From Octopus bimaculoides (taxonomy: Eukaryota), in the NCBI RefSeq assembly GCF_001194135.2, contig NC_068992.1, forward strand, positions 67,806,686 to 67,870,685: 64,000 bases of DNA, written 5' to 3'. Positions 54,615 through 64,000 of this stretch are shown piece by piece (the first letter of the stretch is position 1; each line of letters begins with the position of its first letter). The notes beneath the pieces are model-generated. The model was not told the origin of the DNA, made no database searches, and saw nothing but the letters and a program-made list of their open reading frames with translations. A program made the position numbers and the translations under genes.

Positions 54615-54620
<6 letters not shown>
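54275..54620 (+). mobile_element. Near full-length tRNA-derived SINE with CORE-like central domain
   Basis: A box TAGTTAGTGGTTAG, B box GAGTTCGATTCCC, then CTTGAGCAA...TTGCTCCAGTTTACT..ACTGTAGAAATGAG, similar to the CORE motif CTTGGGCAAG..CTCAGT..CTGTAAAATGG. Confidence 0.8.
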
Positions 54621-54668
<48 letters not shown>

Positions 54669-55565
54669 CGTAAATATCGAACAATGAGATTGATTGATCA
54701 ACCCCGGTTTAGTTGCTTGCGGTTTTTTATTTGTGAATTAAGGGTACCATGGGCTTCATTTTAAGGAATACTTCAACGATTGTCAGGCCTATAAAATTCG
54801 GCATCGGTGCTTGTCCGTTTAAGTTAACCATTCATTATTCGTGATATTTTACGCTTAGTAAAACACTTCGGGCTACTTGGAACATGTAAAATGTTTATAC
54901 ATTGGTTGGTGACAAGATTATTGGATTAGACGACATTGATAATTTTATATAATTTTAATGAAATAGAGATAAGCTAATCCGATAGTACTTCACACTATAC
55001 ACAGCACGGGATTCGTTGTATCATTGAATGCATTATAATGAGTCCTTTGTTATTTTATCGAATTTTGATGTGATGAGAATAAGGTGTGTCCAAAGATGTG
55101 CAGAGTGAGAAAGAAGTAGTTTATTATGATATGAACGTGCGTTGAGAAAATTTAGGAATAAATGTTATTAAATTTTTGTAAGCAAATAATCACAATTCTT
55201 GTGCAATATGTTGACTGAAATAGATTATAATGTTGTGGCTTTGACTTGAAAATGGCTTTTATGCGCTCAAACATTTATTAAGATGATGTATAGACTAGAG
55301 ACATTAACAGACTAACGTTGATATATTTGAGATAAATTGTATATACAACTTAGTGGGGCATTATAAGATAAAAATCATGGAGAGAATAGTATGTAGTGGG
55401 CAGCTAATGTGCTAGCTTCAACAGGACATTAATCTAATAACACGAGAAGACATGGTAATCATGTTACATACAAAACACGCTCAATAACTCATAAACTGAT
55501 AAAGACAGAAATTTGGACACCAACATGCTTATGAACATATATACAGAAACACATATCTATACACT

Positions 55566-55661
<96 letters not shown>

Positions 55662-55763
55662 AATCCTCGCAATCCCTATTAACGACGAAAATCAAGAATA
55701 TGATTTTTACAAATATACAAACATACATGTCAGCAGTATAACATTAAAAAAATTCAGTCTCTC

Positions 55764-55795
<32 letters not shown>

Positions 55796-56725
55796 ACGTG
55801 CACGAATAAACTCCCACGGATATAAGCTTACGAGTGTGTTTATGTTTCTATATCTATAAACCGTGTTTTACACACATACCCACACACACATATACAAGTG
55901 TGTCATATGGTGACCATATAGATGATAGATGGTTTATGAATAGAACAAACACCATCTATAAATCTAATCATGTAAACAATTATGGGTTCTGAATGCTGTA
56001 TTTATTAATTTTTTTTTTTAGATGATGTCTTTATCTATACGTTAAAAGCTTCCGGTGAAGATGCATTAGAATTTTGCAAGGATGTGAGAGAATATTTACG
56101 ATATTATAATTCCCTTCTTTACAAATGCGCTTCCTTCTGATCAGCCATTTAATAGCATCTGTTTTGAGTTATTTGAACGTTCAACGCAATCCTCGTTTAT
56201 ATATTCAGAAACGATTAACTGCCTCAGGTATTTCTTTATAAACTATAACTGACATGTTGCATGATCATCCTCACGTTATTTGGATATTTACTTGCACGCA
56301 CACATATGCAAACATAGAGGCACACGGAAATACATGCACACATGTGAATACGTTTATAAGAATATACATATAGCAATACGACAGAAGCGAATGAGGTGTC
56401 ACTTTATATAGAGATATAAAAACAATGGAATGTGTTTAGGAACTTTACAATACATTTTAATTTCCTTCTGTGTTGTTTAGAATTGAATCGATAAACTTTG
56501 AGAGACAGAGACTGACTGACCGTTTCCAGATGAGAACAATTTAACCTCTACCATTTAGTTTTCGTGCACTTTCCCAATGCTTCCATTATATGTTCTACGT
56601 GTATATATATATATATATGTGTGCGTGCGTACGTGGGTGTGCGTGTGCGTGTGCGTGTGTGTGTATGTGTGTGTGTGTGTGTGTGTGTGTATACATATAT
56701 ATATGGCGACTGCTCTCTGTAGAGA

Positions 56726-57964
56726 GCATCTATTTATTTATCTCTCTACTGTAGGCTACAAATCTATTCCAGGGTCGCTTTTGGGTGCGTTCCTTGTCCT
56801 ACTATATCAATCATTCGATTGATCGACTGAAAATATAGAGAACGACCCTTACAATGATATTTTCGTCAGGGGTACACAAATTCAACAGCCCCCACCACCA
56901 CCATCACCAACAAAGACGTTGGAATTTGGTCAGTGTGGCATTAATACAGAACTAGGTCACCTATTTCTAGCCATCAACGTCTTTGTAAAGATAGCAGTCG
57001 CCGTATTTCATTCTAAACCGGTTACTTCTGATGAGCTTTGATGAGTGAAGTGTGACATAATCGAATCGTTACTTGACATTTCCTCAAATCCCCGACACGA
57101 TACCAGTTGATGAGATGGGCCGTAATGGATATATAATACTGTCCAATTCGGATAATATTCCCTCTCTATTGACAGATATACGAGTGCACTTATCCAGACT
57201 TATAGACTCATAGCCGAATCAGACAAACAACACACACGCATATACATTCATCTTTGTTGCTTCTTTTTCCTTTGGTTTTAATCGGTTTTTAATCATAGTC
57301 ACTTAGCATCCGTGTAATTTACTAACTTATTTAAGATTCATATCTTAGCTTTCCTATTGCAGGTGTACCAATGACGTCTAGACCTATAATTTATGATCGC
57401 ATATTATCTTAGTCATGTTGTTACCTTTATCAGTTATAATTTATTTATTTCTGATTACGAGTTGTAAATATTTCTGTCAACTGTTTTGTATTTGATGAAT
57501 TCCTGCTATTTAATTAGATACTCCTAGTTTAAAATAATTATCAGTCCCATTGATGCCTTTCGACTTATATATTTGCAAATATTTCCCCCTCAGAGAATGT
57601 CCAAATATATAATAAATGCCAAAAGCCTGCCACTGAACAGAAAGAAGTTGTGGAATATCAAATTTCTTTAATGGATAACAATACTATTCACTTGTGGTAA
57701 CAGAGAACAAAAGCCTAGTTGATGGCTAGACATAAGCGACTTGGTTGTGTATTAATGCCATACTGACCAAATACCAACATATTTTTTGTGGAGGTGGTGG
57801 GGGCTGTGTACTTGGTGTGTCTCTGACGAAGATATCTCTGACGAAGATATAGATCGTTCCCTATATTTTGAATTGATCAATCGACTGATATAATAGAACA
57901 AGGAACGCACCCAAATGCGCCTCTGAAGTAGAATTGAGCCTATAATAAATGAATAAATAAATGC
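56726..57964. repeat. Long imperfect inverted repeat (about 250 bp arms, 740 bp spacer)
   Basis: 56726-56978 and 57718-57964 align in reverse complement via TTGGGTGCGTTCCTTGT, CGATTGATC, CAGCCCCCACCACC, TTTGGTCAGT.TGGCATTAATAC and CTAGCCATCAAC. Confidence 0.85.
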
Positions 57965-58006
57965 TTATAACCAATTATTTCCGTCTATGTCATATAGATA
58001 CACACA

Positions 58007-58046
<40 letters not shown>

Positions 58047-58139
58047 TACTCGTGCAGATTTTCGAATATATGACCCATAGTACGAAGGCAGCAGGATTCT
58101 TGAAATTTCTATAAAATATATACATATTGTAATTTTAGA

Positions 58140-59000
58140 TAAAGAGAGAGATATCTCATCGGTGAATGTGGGTGTAAGGTCGGTTGGCTAATATTTACAG
58201 ACGACGTAGTACTGCTTGGATCGTCAAAAGGAGGCTTCAGCATGCACCGAATGGGAACGTTGCAGGGAACTGCAAGGCAAAGGATAAGAATTAAGGTCGT
58301 GACGACCGAGACATAGATCCTCTCAAGGAAGTCTTCCCAGTACACGCAAGTGTACTGCAAGTTAGTGAAACATTACCGAGGTAAGTAGCGGAGTCTACAT
58401 ATATCCGGTATGTATCCACGAGTAATGGGAAACAGGAGAGTGAATTGGATGCTTGGACTGAATGTTCTGGGACAGTAATGCACCAGCTCTAGCATTCGTA
58501 GCTAAGAAGAGGGGAAATTGGCAAAAAAGCAAAACTTACTTTCTTTAATTTGATCTTCGTACCTAACCTCACCAATATATTAATGAATATTGGATGAAAG
58601 CAAGAAAGAGTACGATCGCGAATACAAGTGACGGGAATGGAACGCCTTCGAGGGACCGTTCAAGTAACATTACGTGACAACAAGCTTAGCTCGATTATTC
58701 AAATGGATCCACTGTTTTGCTACATTAAATGGTCATACGTACGGTATAATGGACAGGTGATTAGAGTGTCCAAGGAAAGAATGGCATGGGGGATTTTTAA
58801 AGCTGAGCTAAACGGCAATTGACCTAGAGGTAGACAAATAATGAGATGGTGGGATCATGTCCATAGTTTTAGTTGGTTACACTTGGGAGGAATCCAGGTG
58901 AAAAGAGTAATGGCAGTTACTTCCCACTGGATCTTATGTAGAAGGTACCTAAAAAAACCTACGCCCACGATACTCCCAGTGGATGGAGAGGATGAATGTA
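58140..59000 (+). mobile_element. RTE-clade LINE 3' fragment (Rex3/Expander-like)
   Basis: LIFTDDVVLLGSS (FADD motif, 58194-58205), LIFVPNLT, VRYNGQVIRV, PRGRQIMRWWDHVHSFSWLHLGGI, in the order expected for Rex3-like RT C-termini. Confidence 0.85.
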
Positions 59001-60509
59001 TGCTTATTCGCACCGAGCATAAACGCCTTGTGATTCAGCGGTCAGATTCTTTCTAGATTAAGGAGCGAAAAGCGACCTCACTGGTGGTTAGCTTTACAAG
59101 CTTTTCATTACTGTACATATCATTCAGTCTTCGCAAACAGTAAAAGAGAGAGAGAGGGGGAGGGGGGAAACAATATTGCTTACTCATTCTTAAGGACAAA
59201 ATGGGCAATGTGATCTGTTTTGACTCAGTTCTTTATTTGTATATAGTTTGGCGCTACATCTAAATAATAAGGTAAACAAATCTTCATATTTTCAATGATT
59301 CTATATATCTTATTTCCCGCAGCACAAAAACACAACTTGATTATTCCACCAGTCTATTTGTAATTCGAAGAGAAAAAAAGATCTATAGGACTCGCTATTG
59401 CACGACCTTATTTTCTTCAAAGGGTGCTAAAGGATATGCTCTGTCAAAAATTCTCTCATTAGTTTACAAACTTATGAAAGTTGGTCAGTGGGCTTGTATT
59501 GACCGGAGAAAATAGTTGTGATCCACTCCGTTTACAAGTGGAAAATGTATAGTTTAAGCTTAGCATATATTTGCACACCGACAACATTATGTTGAGCAAC
59601 TAAACAGACGATTTACGTACAGACTAATTTTTTTTTTCATGAGTAGTTGTAAACAAACCCCTGGAAGTGTATCAGTTCTAAAGCGGCTGAAATTTGAATG
59701 CATGTCAAACTATATATTTCGGTGGTTATATATTGTTATGACACATGACATCATTGCCCCAATATGCTGACAGCAATAAAGGATGAAAATAATTTGAAGT
59801 AAATTAATGTTCTGTAACTTAATATTTTATGCAACCAAAAATTAATGGTCTCATCTTAAGTATTACATATATATATGCAAACGCACACACACACCTATAT
59901 ATGAATATATAAATGTGTCTGCGTGTGCATCTGTTTGTGAGTATGCGGAGCGTGTGTCTACGTGATGAAATGAAAGGCATATATTGCGCGCGTGGAAAAA
60001 ATTGAAATGCAGTTCTGTTTACTCAGAAAAGCGAGTGGATAGAATATGTTATCTTTCTCATTTATTCCCCGTTATATTCTCTCTCAATCTCACTGTCATT
60101 AACTCACCGCTGGGTTGCAGTTTAGATTGAAGTACATAGCAACCATCGATAAATTTCCAAATGGTATATCGGAAATAATTTTATATTTATTATAATCATA
60201 TTTGCTAATCAATTATGGGACATCAAAAATATAACAAATATAAAAACAAACATATTCATAAACTTTACTGGATGTATTTTTCCATGTTGACTATATTTTA
60301 TGATTATTGAATGTCTAAATGTTGCTACGCCTTCTTTCGTAATACATCAACCAACTGATAGTAGATTTTCAGAATATTAATAGCATGTCTATAGTATTAA
60401 TATACCGTGGAATATCTTACTCTCTTTCGAAAATTATATATATGTGCGTGTATGAATTGGATTTTGTGAATGCTGATATATGTGTATGCTTGTAAGTATG
60501 AATAATTGA

Positions 60510-61834
60510 CAGAGTCATAAAGCATCGAATGGAAAGTCTTGCAGTATTTGTTTCAAATATTATGCTCTGTGTTCAAATACACCCAAAGTCAAATGTCGTC
60601 GTTATGGAGTTGAATTGTTACAAAATCAGAAAGAAGAGTTCAATGATCAGCTTTTAGATAACGATACCGTTGCTAAAATTTATCAGACAGCTTTTCCCGT
60701 GGAGAGGGCACCGGTAGCACACATAGATATTTGTAGACACGTACAAATGTTGTTCTACCATATGGACGCTAAAATTTCTCTATGTCTGTGCACCTTTTGG
60801 CAGAAATTTATTTACAGACACTTTTGCTAACAAGAAGTCTTAATGCTACAAATATTTAATCTGAGGCGCTATGAATCAACTGATAAATAAACCAGCAGCA
60901 GAAATACCCTATCATAGCGTACACACATTTGTTTTTATTGTTGGTAATCTATTCTTAAATATCTTACTGTCTCCTGAGAGCAAAGCACAAATGTACATGA
61001 CTTATGTAACATACGTCTTTCAAACTGCACTATTACGTAGACTAACTTGTCCTCTTTAAGAATACTACACCCTTTTCTCGCCAGTAAATAATCGGCTCCA
61101 ATTAGAAACAACATGCTGGAATTGCTGACAAAGAAATGGTTCGGGTTTCCCGACAATCACAAACGTGTACAGATTCTATGCGGAGTTAATCCGATAGGTA
61201 ATCACAGCATACACTAAAGGATGGCGAATTTTTAAGAAGTGGAAATCAGCTTTTAAAAGGAACAATTAATAGGAGACTAATTATAACGTATGACACAAAT
61301 TTTCCGTCAATGGATGAATTTATTTGTGCAGACAAAAACACACAATCCCTGAGGTTACTGCATAAACGGACTGTGGTCAAAATACATTACAGACAATGCA
61401 AGACTTTGATAGACGACGGAGTGGGAGTGCAAAGTGGATATCTCGACTAGGGGAGAAAAGTGGAAGGTTACCCTTCTCTGCGAGGGAATGATATGTGCAA
61501 AAGTTAGATTGATTCAGAAATAACGGACCGATCTATGTTGAATTATGTCACACATCGCGTCCAGCATTTACAACAAAAAGTTACGGCGATAATTTTTGTG
61601 AATGACACCAGCCACATTCTCCTTGGTATTTTGGATTGTGACTGTACCGTGAACGATGACAAGTACGATGAAATACTCAGACAAAGTTACAGTGAGAAAG
61701 AGTCCGATCAAGAATCTGAAAATGATCCACATTTACCTTATAATACACGATCACACTTATCATTGGCAAATCAGGAATTCGCCGAATTTGGCTTCCTATT
61801 CAAGTACGTGGTTCTAACTAAGAGGCACGAGTGA
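60510..61834 (+). pseudogene. Coding-like stretch of unrecognised family
   Basis: Stop-free 60510-60827 (about 106 codons) and a 210-codon frame 61202-61831 with only two TAG stops; no domain recognised, no clear splice sites. Confidence 0.3.
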
Positions 61835-62411
61835 TTTTCTACACACCAAATCTTTCAAAGATAATTTTTGCCATTTTCAGGAACCGGAAACACAAGCAAC
61901 TAAAAACACTGAATTTAGCCAAAGAATCAGAACACGCAAGTAAGTCATACAATGCGAATTGACGATATTCATTTAAATCATTGTCAAATGTTGAAATCTT
62001 ATGTTTGTGTAAAGGTTTATTTCAGAAATAAATAGACAAATAGCTGAGCTTAACGATATTAATTGTAATTGTTTTTCAAAATACACCTTCAAATGAAAAA
62101 TCTATCGAAATAGTTTAAGAAAATTGTGTGGTTGTAATAAATACATATGTTGTTAAATGGTCGAAATGTGAGACCAGAAAAACAGCCGATAACACATGAA
62201 GGGTCGTTCTTTATGTTGTTTGTTTTGTTTTCCACTTGTGTCTTTCGTTGTTCGAAAGAATAGTTTATGTTCCATGCACACGTTTCGTGATGTCCTGTGC
62301 CCACATATGCATATATATTTACGTATAGATGTAAGTATGTACATATACGTATGCATATATATACATATAAAATTCTTGCAAAAGAGTTTTATCCCTTTTT
62401 GAATTTATTTA

Positions 62412-62458
<47 letters not shown>

Positions 62459-62488
62459 NNNNNNNNNNNNNNNNNNNNNNNNNNNNNT

Positions 62489-62537
<49 letters not shown>

Positions 62538-63178
62538 GAGAGAGAATAAGTGGGAATATAAGTCATTTCATTAATAACGACATTTTCTCATTAAAATAAT
62601 CTTAAATGATAAGGGAAACAGATACAGACACACACACAAACGCACACAAATATGAACTAATGTTTTGTATGCGAGTGTAATTGAAGACAATATTTCTGCC
62701 TTTACAACTGAAGAGAAGCAAATGTAAATGCAAAAAGTAGTTAAAAAGATTATCAGAGATACTCCATTAATGCAGGCCTTATACATATTAAGGCTGTGAT
62801 AATAACAGCCAAACAGCCACGCAGAAAATCTCAGACAAGCTGCAATGAAAGTTTTATTTTTTTTATTAAAATAATTACGTTTGAAGTTTTAGCGAACAAT
62901 AAGTTACATTTCCGTGTTTTAATACTTGAATGGATGAATATTATACAATAAATTAACTTTAAATATATACAGTTTTCTGGAGAACGTGTGATCTCATACT
63001 GGATACATTTTGCCCCATATACAAGCACAAATCAATACGTCTCTGACTAATCGATTTCTTACGGACAGTTACGTGTTGTAATAAAATTGTCACATAATTC
63101 ACTTATATTAACAACTTTATAAGCAATCCAACTACCTCATACCTCCAAAACAACGACAAAAACGGCATATAAAACCGT

Positions 63179-63219
<41 letters not shown>

Positions 63220-64000
63220 TGTGCACGAACGTTCATTCCTGTATATAAATACGAGAGCAGCCGAGCTGCTCAATAATGACGATGAATGTTTTACTAAACT
63301 TAGTGATAATTACATTTTGGGTTGTATGAATGAATATTCGATTTTTTCCAATCTTAGATATTGTTGGAAAATGTACAAGATGGAAGTTGTTACTAAGGGT
63401 GTGAAGATGTAAATAAAAATGCAAAACTAACCGCAAAATAAGAAAATTATGTTCATCATTAACCAAATATTATACAGGATTGATTAAGATGTGTATGAAT
63501 GGTGAAATTTAAATTATGTTAGTGTATATAAAGGGAATTTACTCAATCGTTATTTTAAGCAGAATTTAGATAGGTGAAATGAGATATAGAAAACCGACTG
63601 AATTTTAGATTTGGTTAACGCATCCTTATTCAATCCATCATCATTTATTTTCCCAGCTGATATGATTACCTTTTTTGCTGTCCCGCTCTCTTTTATACCG
63701 ATTACGATTTAGGGATGCATTTATAAATATTTGTATGTATGCAATTATATGTGGCTTTTATTTCTAACGAATACGATTAATGGTATATTTATGTAGTGAT
63801 ATATGTATCTCTTCTATTATTCCATCAAAGGTTTTATAAAGTATATCTCTGCAAATAGAAAGATTATTTCTATGACATTTTATATTTTTTTAATCGAAAT
63901 TAAAATAAAATTCCGTATTAACACTGACCAGCCCTCAAGTACATACAGTATATTTAATAACGCACCTAACGCAGAAAGGCGCACATACCGTGAGACATAT

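Noticed and set aside
14545-57850. Other CTGANGA hits (about 14545, 34377, 48963, 57028, 57826)
   Set aside because: None completes stem II, GAAA, stem III and stem I, so they are not called hammerheads.

Overview
AT-rich, microsatellite-dense animal genomic DNA from a gapped short-read scaffold. It has nine N-gaps, all but one (39.06 kb) abutting simple repeats. The SINE families and repeat texture look like a coleoid cephalopod, probably Octopus; this is recognition, not proof. I found no intact host gene, no true tRNA/rRNA gene and no CRISPR array, and nearly all ORF-track calls are microsatellite or gap artefacts. The window is an intron-like or intergenic graveyard of decayed mobile elements: CR1-group LINEs (9.3-10.3 kb, 26.2-26.7 kb), R4/Dong-type RLE LINEs (three head-to-tail at 17.0-19.3 kb, one at 28.5-28.9 kb), RTE-clade LINEs (20.9-21.5 kb, 58.1-59.0 kb), Penelope-like GIY-YIG elements (24.1-24.8 kb, 39.1-39.8 kb), a FLYWCH/MULE (Phantom-type) transposon (44.5-46.3 kb), a mariner-derived fold-back (52.8-53.4 kb), a palindromic MITE, a Helitron-like end and about 12 tRNA-derived SINE pieces. 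The best second-look items are: (1) a ~300 bp non-coding repeat, present twice, carrying a minimal type-I hammerhead-ribozyme fold with a shared non-canonical core and co-varying stems, one copy with a perfect 49 bp inverted arm; (2) a 210-codon frame of unknown family at 61.2-61.8 kb broken only by two UAG codons; (3) a chain of retroelements each starting at the previous element's trinucleotide tail; (4) several long inverted repeats, two with telomere-type hexamers at their centre. Element boundaries are approximate unless stated, and identity figures are by-eye estimates.
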